Positions 1 through 9,878 of a stretch of 55,352 nt of DNA are shown here, in pieces (within the stretch, counting starts at the first letter, position 1; each line of letters begins with the position of its first letter). The stretch spans positions 1-55,352 of the forward strand of contig JBCDAQ010000001.1 of the NCBI GenBank assembly GCA_039185285.1, in the 5' to 3' direction. The position numbers were made by a program, and so were the translations under genes. Under the pieces are notes generated by a model, which worked only from the letters and a program-made list of their open reading frames with translations, was not told the DNA's origin and made no database searches. The stretch is from Pseudomonadota bacterium. Lineage in GTDB: Bacteria; Pseudomonadota; Alphaproteobacteria; Rhodobacterales; Rhodobacteraceae.

Positions 1-525
1 AACGAAAGTCTTTTCCTGTTAGCGCCCGAAGATACGAGCATGGCGGTGCTAGCGGATGCTATCTCTTGGATCGGAAACCTCACATATCGACCTCGGTTTA
101 GCAGCTTGATGAATCTTTGGAAGTCCGCGGGTCAACGCACACTTTCCGGGGTGATCAGCCATAGAACCAACGAACACTGGACACTCTTCCGTGAGCTCGC
201 GGCCTGCGAAGGTGCCAAGGATCCGTCATTGGGCCATTGGGATGAAAGATGGAGAGTTACGGGGCCTATGCTTGAGGGTGCGTCAGTTCGAGCGCTGGGA
301 GAAGACGGCCACGCCTCTCTGAAGCAATACGCCTATTACGGCCCAAAACATTGGGAAAACTGTCCACATCAAATCAGGCTGACAGTACCCTCAATTTGGA
401 ACAATGGAATCCTCGTCTCAGTTCCCGCAGCCTGTTTCCACAATGAGGAATGGGGGGCGAATCTGCACTTTAATGCGGAACTAAAGCATGTACCCGCGCG
501 TTTTGGTCGCTCAGAAAGGCTTTAA
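1..525 (+). CDS. tilS: tRNA(Ile)-lysidine synthase, 3' part (5'-truncated by window)
   Basis: Frame is open from base 1 to TAA at 525. It lies directly upstream of ftsH (conserved tilS-ftsH order). C-terminal text (YRPR...WDERW...VRALGEDG...PSIW) resembles the Rhodobacterales TilS tail. The catalytic PP-loop is not in the window. Confidence 0.7.
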   Translation, partial: NESLFLLAPEDTSMAVLADAISWIGNLTYRPRFSSLMNLWKSAGQRTLSGVISHRTNEHWTLFRELAACEGAKDPSLGHWDERWRVTGPMLEGASVRALGEDGHASLKQYAYYGPKHWENCPHQIRLTVPSIWNNGILVSVPAACFHNEEWGANLHFNAELKHVPARFGRSERL

Positions 526-548
526 GTTCCTGGTGAAGCGGCCTAGTT
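520..548 (+). promoter_or_regulatory. possible RpoH (sigma32)-type promoter of ftsH
   Basis: CTTTAA-N16-CCTAGTT resembles the alphaproteobacterial RpoH consensus CTTGAA-N16/17-CCTATAT. ftsH is a typical heat-shock gene. Confidence 0.35.
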
Positions 549-595
549 ATGTTGCAAAGACCTAGAACTTTCAGCGGGAAGCGGAGCATCTCCAC

Positions 596-2515
596 GTGAA
601 CACGTCGCGAAACATGGCCTTTTGGGCGATCCTAATCCTTCTTCTGATTACGCTTTTCACAGTGTTCCAGGACGGAGGATCGACGAGCGGTGGGGAGCGC
701 ATCCCCTTCTCAGACTTCATGAATCGCGCTGAGCGAGGTGAAATCGCCGAGGTCACGATAGACGGTGAGAAGATCACTGGCGTGACCCAAACCAACATAC
801 GTTTTCAAACCATCCAACCGCGTGGTGCAGAGCTGGTTGAAACGTTGCGCGAATCGAATGTTGCGATCGAAGTCGTCCCTCAAGAGCGTGGCGGCCTTCT
901 CTCAACACTCTCTTTCTGGCTTCCAATGCTGATTATTTTCGGGATTTGGATCTTTTTCCTCAACCGGATGCAGGGCGGCGGCCGCGGTGCGATGGGCTTT
1001 GGCAAGTCGAAAGCAAAGCTGCTGACCGAGCGTCAGGGTAAAGTCACTTTCGACGATGTAGCCGGCATTGACGAAGCGAAAGAAGAGCTGGAGGAGATCG
1101 TCGAGTTCCTACGCGATCCAGGCAAATATTCTCGGTTAGGCGGCAAGATCCCAAAGGGTGCATTGCTGGTTGGCCCGCCAGGTACTGGTAAGACGCTTCT
1201 GGCTCGTGCGATCGCCGGCGAGGCCGGGGTACCTTTCTTCACGATCTCGGGATCCGACTTTGTCGAAATGTTTGTTGGCGTCGGAGCAAGCCGCGTTCGC
1301 GACATGTTCGAGCAGGCGAAGAAAAACGCGCCTTGTATCGTGTTCATTGATGAGATCGACGCCGTCGGCCGTCACCGTGGCGCGGGCTATGGCGGCGGCA
1401 ACGATGAGCGGGAGCAGACGCTCAACCAGCTTCTGGTCGAAATGGACGGGTTCGAAGCCAATGAGGGCGTAATCCTGATCGCTGCTACCAACCGCCCGGA
1501 TGTGCTTGACCCAGCACTGCTGCGCCCCGGTCGCTTCGATCGCCAGGTGACGGTACCCAACCCGGATATCGGCGGGCGTGAGAAGATCCTGCATGTCCAT
1601 GCCCGCAAAGTGCCGCTGGCACCCAATGTGGATCTGAAAGTGATCGCGCGTGGCACGCCGGGGTTCTCGGGCGCGGACCTCGCAAACTTGGTCAATGAGG
1701 CCGCGCTGCATGCTGCCCGGGCTGACAAGCGCGTGGTGACCATGGAGGACTTCGAACAGGCGAAAGACAAGGTCATGATGGGCGCTGAACGGCGCTCGAT
1801 GATCATGACCGAGGAAGAGAAGAAACTCACTGCCTACCATGAAGCAGGCCACGCGATCGTCGGTATGAACGTCCCACAACACGATCCGATCCACAAAGCG
1901 ACCATCATTCCACGTGGTCGAGCGTTGGGACTGGTTTTGTCATTGCCTGAGCGCGACCAATACTCCGTCACCAAGACCAAGTATCAGTCCAAGATCGCGA
2001 TGGCGATGGGTGGCAAAGTGGCTGAAGAGATCACGTTCGGAGAGGACAACGTCACCTCTGGCGCCATGTCTGACATTCAACAAGTGTCTAAGATCGCGCG
2101 TGCGATGGTTACCCAGTTTGGCTTCTCGGATAAGCTCGGGAACATCGACTACGCCAACGAACAACAGAGCTATCTTGGGTCGTACAATGGTGGATCAAGC
2201 AACTCGCCTGAGACGCAGGAGATCATTGACGCTGAGGTTCGCCGTCTTGTCGACGAAGGCTATGCAACGGCCAAGCGCATCCTTCAGGAACAGAACGAAG
2301 GCTTCGTTCGGCTGGCAGAGGGCCTGTTGGAGTACGAAACTCTCACCGGAGATGAGATCAAAAAAGTAATTGCTGGCGAGAAGCTAGACCGTTCTGATGA
2401 TGACGGCATCCCACCTGCGGCGACAGGGTCTGGTGGTCATGCGGCTATCCCGAAAGCTGGCAAACCCCGCCGTGGTCCCGAAGGCGATGGTGGTATGGAG
2501 CCGCAGCCCAGCTAA
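596..2515 (+). CDS. ftsH: ATP-dependent zinc metalloprotease FtsH
   Basis: Two TM helices, Walker A GPPGTGKT, Walker [12 protein letters not shown] region RPGRFDR, HEAGH zinc motif; GTG start. Confidence 0.99.
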   Translation: MNTSRNMAFWAILILLLITLFTVFQDGGSTSGGERIPFSDFMNRAERGEIAEVTIDGEKITGVTQTNIRFQTIQPRGAELVETLRESNVAIEVVPQERGGLLSTLSFWLPMLIIFGIWIFFLNRMQGGGRGAMGFGKSKAKLLTERQGKVTFDDVAGIDEAKEELEEIVEFLRDPGKYSRLGGKIPKGALLVGPPGTGKTLLARAIAGEAGVPFFTISGSDFVEMFVGVGASRVRDMFEQAKKNAPCIVFIDEIDAVGRHRGAGYGGGNDEREQTLNQLLVEMDGFEANEGVILIAATNRPDVLDPALLRPGRFDRQVTVPNPDIGGREKILHVHARKVPLAPNVDLKVIARGTPGFSGADLANLVNEAALHAARADKRVVTMEDFEQAKDKVMMGAERRSMIMTEEEKKLTAYHEAGHAIVGMNVPQHDPIHKATIIPRGRALGLVLSLPERDQYSVTKTKYQSKIAMAMGGKVAEEITFGEDNVTSGAMSDIQQVSKIARAMVTQFGFSDKLGNIDYANEQQSYLGSYNGGSSNSPETQEIIDAEVRRLVDEGYATAKRILQEQNEGFVRLAEGLLEYETLTGDEIKKVIAGEKLDRSDDDGIPPAATGSGGHAAIPKAGKPRRGPEGDGGMEPQPS

Positions 2516-2546
2516 ACGACAAGACGAGATCAGGCGCCGAGCCCGA

Positions 2547-3011
2547 TCAGTCCCCACAGAGTTTGTTGAGCGAGAACAAGGTTGCGAGCGCGTTGTCACG
2601 CTTAATAGCAGCGCCTTCTCCTTTGGTGTCTTGGATGTGAATACGATCCGCATCGACCCGCTTAAACTTGGTCGTAAAATACTCTTTTCCGGAGTCATCA
2701 TGGATGCCCCAGAACGCTTCTGGAGCGCCAAGATACATGGCTGCGGTGCAAGTAAGGTCGACCCAAGGAGACTCATTCTCCACGACCTGACTTGGCCCGC
2801 AATCTGAGGTGAAAACCATTTTGGTAATGCCGTCCAAAGGAAGTGTGTAGATCTCTCCACTGCACCCGAGGTCAAACTTGAGATCTTGATCGGATATCTC
2901 AGTGATCCGGCCCGAGTAGTGATCACGTCCCATGAAAATTTGGTCGGCAAGGACGGGTGGCGCGAGGGCCACAAGCGAACTTCCTACAATGAAGCACTTG
3001 CGAAACGACAT
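2547..3011 (-). CDS. hypothetical secreted protein
   Basis: 154 aa with a Sec-type signal peptide (..ALAPPVLA/DQ); convergent with ftsH; no recognised family. Confidence 0.7.
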   Translation of the reverse strand: MSFRKCFIVGSSLVALAPPVLADQIFMGRDHYSGRITEISDQDLKFDLGCSGEIYTLPLDGITKMVFTSDCGPSQVVENESPWVDLTCTAAMYLGAPEAFWGIHDDSGKEYFTTKFKRVDADRIHIQDTKGEGAAIKRDNALATLFSLNKLCGD

Positions 3012-3117
3012 CGCCGCGCACCGTTAAGCTCTTGTTCACCAAAAAGATGAGAACAGATCCATTCCTATTACGCAAGGCCTGACCTCACGAAAAGGTGAAC
3101 AATCGCCGGAGCCGACG

Positions 3118-4623
3118 TTAACGCATTACAAACGGGTTACCAGGAGCCGCGTCGGACGTATTGATCCAGACAGATTTGGTCTCGAGGTACTCTTGAATGG
3201 CATGCAAACCACTTTCCCGGCCGAGGCCGGAGTGTTTCATGCCACCAAAGGGCATCAGGTAGCTGACCGCCCGATAAGTGTTCACCCAAACCACACCGGC
3301 TTTGAGGGCTTTGGCCATCCGATGAGCTCTCCCGATGTTCTGAGTCCAAACCCCCGCAGCAAGACCGTAGATTACGTCGTTGCCAATCGCGACAGCCTCT
3401 TCTTCATCGTCAAATCCAATGATCGAAAGCACTGGGCCAAACACCTCTTCCTGGGCGATACGCATATCATTAGTGACGTCAGTGAAAATCGTCGGCAAAA
3501 CAAACTGTGGGCCAACATCTGAGGGTCCTCCGCCCGCAAGCAGGGTCGCACCTTCGCCTTTAGCAATATCGATGTAGTCCAGAATCTTCTTGTACTGCGG
3601 CTGGGTCGTCACCGGCCCAATATTCGTATCCGGCTGCATCGGATCGCCGATTTTGGCAGTTTTTGCCATGTCGACAAGCCGCTCAGTAAGCTCTTTCTTG
3701 ATCGAGTGTTGAACAAGCAAGCGCGAGCCTGCGATGCATGTCTGCCCAGTCGCAGCAAAGATCCCCGAAACAGCCCCTGCTGCTGCCGCGTCTAGATTCG
3801 CATCGGCAAAAACGATGTTTGGGGATTTGCCACCCAGCTCGAGGCTGACCCGTTTCATCGTCTTGGCTGCCTGTTGGTAGATGATCTTCCCGGTAAGATC
3901 GGATCCGGTAAAGGTGATCTTGGCGACATCTGGGTGTTCAACCAGCGCGGCACCCGCCTCCTGCCCCAAACCGGTGACGACATTGAAGACTCCGTCCGGC
4001 AAGCCCGCTTCACGGGTCAGTGCCGCAAACTCGAGCGTTGAGGCAGAGGTAAACTCCGAAGGTTTCACCACCACCGAACACCCTGCCGCGAGGGCCGGAG
4101 CACACTTCCAAGCGATGAACATGAGAGGTGAGTTCCAAGCGGTAAGAGCACCTACCACGCCAACCGGTTCATGCTCGGTAAACGCGAAATGATCCGGCTT
4201 ATCGATCGGCACAACGCCGCCTTCGATCTTATCGGCGAGGCCAGCATAGTAATACCACCATTCGGGATGGTACTTGAGCTGGGCCAGCATTTCGGACATC
4301 AGTTTGCCATTGTCGCGGACTTCGATCTCAGCCAAACGCTCAGCGTTTTCCGCAACCAAGTCTCCGATCCGGCGCATGATCTTTCCGCGTGCGGTCGGAT
4401 TCATCTGCGACCATGGTCCGGTCGTCATCGCGGCTTTCGCAACGCCAACCGCTTTGTCCATATCAGCGGCACTTCCTCTGGGTATGCGCGCCCAAACCGC
4501 ATTCCTAAAGGGGTCCGAACTGTCGATCCACTCGTTCTCGACCGGATCGACATACTCGCCCCCGATAAAGAGGCGGTAGGTTACGAGATCATTTTCGGTC
4601 GAAGGTTTATGTGGGGCGTTCAT
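3118..4623 (-). CDS. NAD(P)-dependent aldehyde dehydrogenase
   Basis: AWNSP, KPSE, FTGS, LELGGKSP, catalytic GQTCIAG, EEVFGPV, PFGGMKHSG. Start placed at MNAPHK (4623). Confidence 0.96.
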   Translation of the reverse strand: MNAPHKPSTENDLVTYRLFIGGEYVDPVENEWIDSSDPFRNAVWARIPRGSAADMDKAVGVAKAAMTTGPWSQMNPTARGKIMRRIGDLVAENAERLAEIEVRDNGKLMSEMLAQLKYHPEWWYYYAGLADKIEGGVVPIDKPDHFAFTEHEPVGVVGALTAWNSPLMFIAWKCAPALAAGCSVVVKPSEFTSASTLEFAALTREAGLPDGVFNVVTGLGQEAGAALVEHPDVAKITFTGSDLTGKIIYQQAAKTMKRVSLELGGKSPNIVFADANLDAAAAGAVSGIFAATGQTCIAGSRLLVQHSIKKELTERLVDMAKTAKIGDPMQPDTNIGPVTTQPQYKKILDYIDIAKGEGATLLAGGGPSDVGPQFVLPTIFTDVTNDMRIAQEEVFGPVLSIIGFDDEEEAVAIGNDVIYGLAAGVWTQNIGRAHRMAKALKAGVVWVNTYRAVSYLMPFGGMKHSGLGRESGLHAIQEYLETKSVWINTSDAAPGNPFVMR

Positions 4624-4686
4624 GGGAACCTCCAAGTTGCGGTTACTAGATGATGATCTGTCGGGGCGATCAGGCTCGCAAAACAT

Positions 4687-6180
4687 CTAGCTCTTAGCTC
4701 GAACGTTTGCGGGCCCCATAGGACCAAGACGAATGCCACTGCGCAAGTGGCGATATGGAATTTCGGTCATCTCGCACAAGTTTACACCCGGCGCTGCGGC
4801 GTAGAGCGTTCGACTAGCAATTGGATCGAAGTCCGCTCTGAAGTGAACCGTGCTTTTCACACAGATGATTTGAGCGTTCTGAGGCTCCAAGCCCACCGCT
4901 CGAAAGAGAGCAAGATCCAAGCATTGGCTGCGCATCGACGTCACAGCGACCCGAAGATCGCCTGGTACATCAAGTAGGCGTAATGCGGCGGATGGGCCAA
5001 GTTGCGCAGTCCCTCCGCCGTACATCTCGCCAGTATAGTCAACTCGGCCGTCTGCAAGAGCTTCCACCAAAAACCGCCCGCTATAGGGACCCGGATCAGA
5101 GTCATCCGATTTTGCCCCAAGCGGCCCCGAGATCACCGATCCAACGCCAACCCGATGCGCCTTTGCCGCCATCTCCGCATCTGCCATCAAACCCAAGATT
5201 GCCGGGCGTTTAGCGTTACGCACTAGTGCATGGAGCAAGCCGGTTGTGTCAGACGTGGCACCTGCACCTGGGTTGTCCTGAACGTCACCAATAACGACAG
5301 GTCGACCGGGTGGCAGACGCTGAGCTTCGATTACAGCCTGATCTGGTAGGAGTAGCGGCGTTACAAAATCGAGTTCAGCCTCGCAAACCATCCCAAGCAT
5401 CTCGTCCGCGACCGCGCTAGCATCTTCAGCGGTTTTCCCAAATGCTAGAATGGTCGGACCTGTATCTTCAATGTCCGAAGCCGGAAAACCCATCGTGAGT
5501 TCCGCGTCCATGGCCTCTGCTTGGCGGTAGAGTCTTCGGCAGGGATCATCCCCGGTGAACTGGGCATGGAGAGGAATCAGAAAAGGAACTCTTCGCAACT
5601 CCTTGACCGGTTGTTCGCCCACGATCGCTGCCATCAGCTGACCGACTGCACGGGCGCCCGTTGCGGCCATATCGAGGTGGGGATAGGTTCGGAAAATCGC
5701 GATCGTCGTGGCTCGTTCGACGATTGCTTCTGTGAGGTTGGCGTGAAGATCGAGAGTTATGGCAATCGGGATTTCGTCGCCCATTTGATCCCGTATCCGC
5801 CTTAGCAGTTCTCCTTCACCGTCTTGGTAACTCTCGATCACCATCGCACCATGAAGGTCAAGGTAGACTCCATCCAGCGGCCCGAGCAGCGCCAGACCTT
5901 CCAAAATCCGATCCGAGATTGCGTTAAAGGCTTGATCTGTGACTTCCGCTGCAGGTTCGGCCGCGCACCAAAGGATGGGTAAAAGTTCTAAACCCCGCGC
6001 TGTGCCTTCTTCGATGAAGCCCGCGATTGGCAGGTTGATCCCGTTCGTCCCGGAAACCACGGCTTCGCCGCTAAGCAACTCTGGCCATGAATCTGCAATC
6101 TCAAAGTCATGAAGCGAAGTCTTCGTAAGGCCGAAAGTGTTTGTCTCGTGCTGAAAGCCAGCAATGGCAACTCGGGTCAT
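4687..6180 (-). CDS. M81 family metallopeptidase (MlrC-like)
   Basis: HETNTF, LDLHGAM, LDLHAN, YPHLD, DNPGAG and KSTVHFRADF motifs. Confidence 0.92.
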   Translation of the reverse strand: MTRVAIAGFQHETNTFGLTKTSLHDFEIADSWPELLSGEAVVSGTNGINLPIAGFIEEGTARGLELLPILWCAAEPAAEVTDQAFNAISDRILEGLALLGPLDGVYLDLHGAMVIESYQDGEGELLRRIRDQMGDEIPIAITLDLHANLTEAIVERATTIAIFRTYPHLDMAATGARAVGQLMAAIVGEQPVKELRRVPFLIPLHAQFTGDDPCRRLYRQAEAMDAELTMGFPASDIEDTGPTILAFGKTAEDASAVADEMLGMVCEAELDFVTPLLLPDQAVIEAQRLPPGRPVVIGDVQDNPGAGATSDTTGLLHALVRNAKRPAILGLMADAEMAAKAHRVGVGSVISGPLGAKSDDSDPGPYSGRFLVEALADGRVDYTGEMYGGGTAQLGPSAALRLLDVPGDLRVAVTSMRSQCLDLALFRAVGLEPQNAQIICVKSTVHFRADFDPIASRTLYAAAPGVNLCEMTEIPYRHLRSGIRLGPMGPANVRAKS

Positions 6181-6423
6181 GACGCGCCTTATCCATCAAA
6201 AGACCACCCAGAGGCATACTAGCCAGTTTGGGGCACTTCGCACTATGTATAGGCAAGCGTGGCATGGTGCAGATCGCTGAAAATCGAGCAATGAGCCTCG
6301 CCAACTGATCCCGACTGCAGAGCAAATCGACCCAAGGCGCGATCAAGGGCGTTCACCCGGTTGCAACCCGGGCCTGGCAAAGCTACCTGTCAGGCACAAC
6401 GACGCGCAAAAGGATCCAATCTC

Positions 6424-6714
6424 ATGAGTTCGTTTCTCGCCATCTTTAACATGCTGGTGAACCTAGCCTTCTGGATCATCATCATTCAGGCGATCCTAAG
6501 CTGGCTGATCGCCTTCCAAGTGGTGAATATGCACCAGCCGTTCGTCCGCCAGATTTGGAGTTCTTTGAACGCACTTACCGAGCCTTTGTATCGCCCGATC
6601 CGTCGGTTCCTGCCTGATATGGGCGGGATGGATCTAGCGCCACTGGTCGTACTACTCGGGATCTACAGTCTGCAGATCATTATCAATAACAACTTGGCTG
6701 GTCTCGCCTTCTAA
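6424..6714 (+). CDS. YggT family membrane protein
   Basis: ILSWL...LTEPLYRPIRRFLPDMGGMDLAP signature. Start placed at ATG 6424. Confidence 0.93.
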   Translation: MSSFLAIFNMLVNLAFWIIIIQAILSWLIAFQVVNMHQPFVRQIWSSLNALTEPLYRPIRRFLPDMGGMDLAPLVVLLGIYSLQIIINNNLAGLAF

Positions 6715-6717
6715 GAG

Positions 6718-7989
6718 TTACTCTCGATCCAGAACCCGCCAGGCAATGTCACGCCGACAGAAGCCTTCAGGCCATTCTATCTGATTAATCGCCCGATAGG
6801 CGCGTTCCCGCGCCTCACGCAGCGTTTTGCCTTGAGCCGAGACATTCAAGACCCGCCCACCACTCGCGAGAATGTCCAAGCCGTCACGTTTCGTACCCGC
6901 ATGAAAGACCGTCACTCCGGAGACTTCGGAGGCTGCGAGTAACTCACCAATGCGCGTTCCCTTTTGATAGCTTCCAGGGTAGCCATTGGCCGCCATAACC
7001 ACGGTGACAGACGGATCTGGCGACCAGGTCAACTGAACTTCTGACAAGCGTTCGTTGGCACAAGCGTGGAGAACGGGCAACAAATCACTCGTTAGACGCA
7101 GCATCAAAACCTGCGTTTCCGGATCTCCAAAACGCACATTGAACTCCACCAATCGGGGAGTTCCCTTGTGTATCATCAGCCCGGCATAGAGAACGCCGCG
7201 AAACGGGGTGCCCCGAGCCGCCATTTCGGCAATCACGGGTTTGATAATCTCATCCATGGCTCGGACTTCCACCTCCGAGCTCAGAACCGGAGCCGGCGAG
7301 TAAGCGCCCATTCCACCCGTGTTAGGCCCCGTGTCGCCTTCGCCAACTCGCTTGTGGTCCTGCGCAGAAACCAGGGGCAAAACTGCCTGCCCGTCCGAGA
7401 GGACAAATAAGCTTGCTTCCTCTCCAAACATGAACTCTTCGATCACAACCTCAGCGCCTGCCGAACCGAACCCGCCTCCGAGCATCATATCGACGGCCTC
7501 GCAAGCCTGATCGACCGTTTCGGCGACAATGACACCTTTACCTGCCGCCAACCCGTCTGCTTTGACGACGATCGGCGCCCCTTGGTCTCGAATGTATGCC
7601 TTCGCCGCTTCGGCGTCATCAAAGCGTTGATAGCCTGCCATAGGTGCGCCACAGGCATCGCAGATCGCATGCGTGAAGGCCTTGGAAGCTTCAAGTTGCG
7701 CGGCTTCTGCGGAAGGGCCAAAGACATCGATCCCAACCGCCGCCACCGCATCAGCAACGCCTGCTGCCAAAGGCGCCTCAGGTCCCACGACCACGAAATC
7801 GATTGAGTTGGCCGCGGCCCAGGCGGCTACTGCATCCCCATCTTCAATCGATAGCGCGACACATTCTGCAACATCGGCAATCCCAGCATTACCGGGAGCC
7901 GCGTACAGCTTGCTGAGCAACGGGCTTTTCGCAATCGCCCATGCGAGCGCATGCTCGCGACCACCACTGCCAAGGATCAAAACGCGCAT
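6718..7989 (-). CDS. purD: phosphoribosylamine--glycine ligase
   Basis: GSGGREHAL, VVKADGLAAGKGV, QDHKR, GPNTGGMGAYSP, EFNVRFGDPE. Confidence 0.99.
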   Translation of the reverse strand: MRVLILGSGGREHALAWAIAKSPLLSKLYAAPGNAGIADVAECVALSIEDGDAVAAWAAANSIDFVVVGPEAPLAAGVADAVAAVGIDVFGPSAEAAQLEASKAFTHAICDACGAPMAGYQRFDDAEAAKAYIRDQGAPIVVKADGLAAGKGVIVAETVDQACEAVDMMLGGGFGSAGAEVVIEEFMFGEEASLFVLSDGQAVLPLVSAQDHKRVGEGDTGPNTGGMGAYSPAPVLSSEVEVRAMDEIIKPVIAEMAARGTPFRGVLYAGLMIHKGTPRLVEFNVRFGDPETQVLMLRLTSDLLPVLHACANERLSEVQLTWSPDPSVTVVMAANGYPGSYQKGTRIGELLAASEVSGVTVFHAGTKRDGLDILASGGRVLNVSAQGKTLREARERAYRAINQIEWPEGFCRRDIAWRVLDRE

Positions 7990-8066
7990 AAAGCTACTCG
8001 CTCTTGAGGTCTTGCGTGCGATAAAGGCATTGCGCAGGGTGTCCTTCGTAAGATCATGGAGGCAGG

Positions 8067-9563
8067 ATGAGCCTTATCGACGATGCCCCGGAAGGCGTCA
8101 ACACACCGGAATTCTCGGTCTCGGAGATCTCTGGGGCGGTCAAGCGCATGGTGGAAGGCGAGTTTGGCCATGTCCGGGTGCGTGGCGAGGTTGGCCGAGT
8201 CTCCCGTCCACGTTCGGGTCATGTTTATCTGGATCTGAAGGACGATCGCTCTGTCCTTGCTGGGGTGATGTGGAAGGGTGTGGCCGCGAGGCTTTCGACC
8301 CAACCGGAAGAGGGTATGGAGGTGATCGCGACGGGTCGCCTAACGACCTTCCCCGGCCAATCCAAGTATCAGATTGTGATCGAAGACATCGCACCTGCGG
8401 GCATTGGCGCTTTGATGGCGATGTTGGAGAAGCGCAAAGCTCAGTTCCAGGCAGAGGGTCTCTTCGATCAGGACCGCAAGAAGGCAATTCCCTTCTTGCC
8501 TCGGGTTATCGGGGTCGTAACCTCGCCCTCTGGTGCCGTTATTCGCGATATTCTCCATCGTCTTAGTGATCGGTTTCCGACCCGCGTGCTGGTTTGGCCA
8601 GTCGCGTTTCAAGGTGAGAAATGTGCGCCAGAGGTGGCCCGCGCGATCACAGGCTTCAACGAGCTAGAAGACAGTCTGCGCCCCGATGTCTTGATTGTCG
8701 CGCGCGGTGGCGGATCAGTTGAAGACCTGTGGGGCTTTAACGAGGAAGACGTCGTTCGGGCGGTTGCTGCTTCCTCCATCCCGCTGATCTCGGCGGTGGG
8801 GCATGAAACCGACACGACCTTGATCGACTATGCCGCAGACTTGCGTGCGCCAACACCGACGGCGGCGGCGGAACGAGCAGTCCCGGTAAGAGCTGACCTG
8901 ATGGCCATGGTGTCGGACCTAGAGGCTCGCCGGATACGATCGCTCGCATTGCAGCTCAACCGGGCAAGGCAACGACTGGGAGACCTCGCCCGCGCTCTTC
9001 CTCAACCAGAACGGTTGCTTGAGGAACGTAGGCAACGCCTCGACAATGCGGCCATACGTTTACCGGCTGCATTGCGGGAAAGGACGGGACAGGCCCGCCT
9101 AAGGCTCGCTCGGCATGCGGCACGAATTGCACCTGCTCAACTCAATGAGCGGCTGGGAAGGGCCTCGGAGAAGCTTCAGGACCGGTCCCGCAGCCTCGTA
9201 CGAGGACTAGAGCGGCGCACGGAGCGTGCTCGCGCAGATCTCGACCGGCGCGCCAGCAGAATGTCTCCTGCGGTTCTTAGCGATCGACTATCCCGGGCAC
9301 GCGAGCAGTTTGCGGGACTTTCAAGGCTGTACGGCTCGCTCCATTACCAACAGACGTTGAAACGAGGTTTCGCCTTGGTCCGCTCCGGTGGCGCGGTGAT
9401 TGGCTCGGCGAGAAACCTATCTCAAGGCGAAAAGCTGGAGATCGAGTTTCACGACGGCAAACTCAATGCAGTCGTCGACGGTGAGGACGTTGAAAAAACT
9501 TCGCAGAGGAAGAAACCGAAAGCAAAAAAGCCTGCCAGCGACAACCAAGGCAGCTTGTTCTAA
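8067..9563 (+). CDS. xseA: exodeoxyribonuclease VII large subunit
   Basis: SGHVYLDLKD, VTSPSGAVIRD, ARGGGSVEDLWGFNEE, SAVGHETD, APTPTAAAE. Confidence 0.98.
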   Translation: MSLIDDAPEGVNTPEFSVSEISGAVKRMVEGEFGHVRVRGEVGRVSRPRSGHVYLDLKDDRSVLAGVMWKGVAARLSTQPEEGMEVIATGRLTTFPGQSKYQIVIEDIAPAGIGALMAMLEKRKAQFQAEGLFDQDRKKAIPFLPRVIGVVTSPSGAVIRDILHRLSDRFPTRVLVWPVAFQGEKCAPEVARAITGFNELEDSLRPDVLIVARGGGSVEDLWGFNEEDVVRAVAASSIPLISAVGHETDTTLIDYAADLRAPTPTAAAERAVPVRADLMAMVSDLEARRIRSLALQLNRARQRLGDLARALPQPERLLEERRQRLDNAAIRLPAALRERTGQARLRLARHAARIAPAQLNERLGRASEKLQDRSRSLVRGLERRTERARADLDRRASRMSPAVLSDRLSRAREQFAGLSRLYGSLHYQQTLKRGFALVRSGGAVIGSARNLSQGEKLEIEFHDGKLNAVVDGEDVEKTSQRKKPKAKKPASDNQGSLF

Positions 9564-9574
9564 GGAGGAGGACT

Positions 9575-9865
9575 ATGGCGAAAGGATACTGGATTGCTCA
9601 TGTCAGCGTCACCAACATGGACGCATGGATGCTCTATGTCGAGGGCGCGAGAGATGCCTTTAGCGCACATGGGGCGACTTTTTTAGCGCGCGGTGGTGAC
9701 TACGAAGAGTTGGAGAACCCTATGGGACGCGAGCGTCATGTTTTGATCGAGTTCCCCAGTCTTCAAGCGGCCGTCGATTGCTACCGTTCATCCGGATACC
9801 AAGCAGCAAAAGCGCACCGTGAGGGCGCGGGGATCGCGACTGTCATTGTTACCGAAGGGCTCTAG
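9575..9865 (+). CDS. DUF1330 family protein
   Basis: MAKGYWIAHV...FLARGG...LIEFPS...CYRSSGYQAAKAHR; strong SD AGGAGG. Confidence 0.9.
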   Translation: MAKGYWIAHVSVTNMDAWMLYVEGARDAFSAHGATFLARGGDYEELENPMGRERHVLIEFPSLQAAVDCYRSSGYQAAKAHREGAGIATVIVTEGL

Positions 9866-9878
9866 CGGACTTCACGTC

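Noticed and set aside
7673-8566. 297-aa plus-strand ORF across purD/xseA
   Set aside because: Overlaps two well-supported genes; low-complexity translation.
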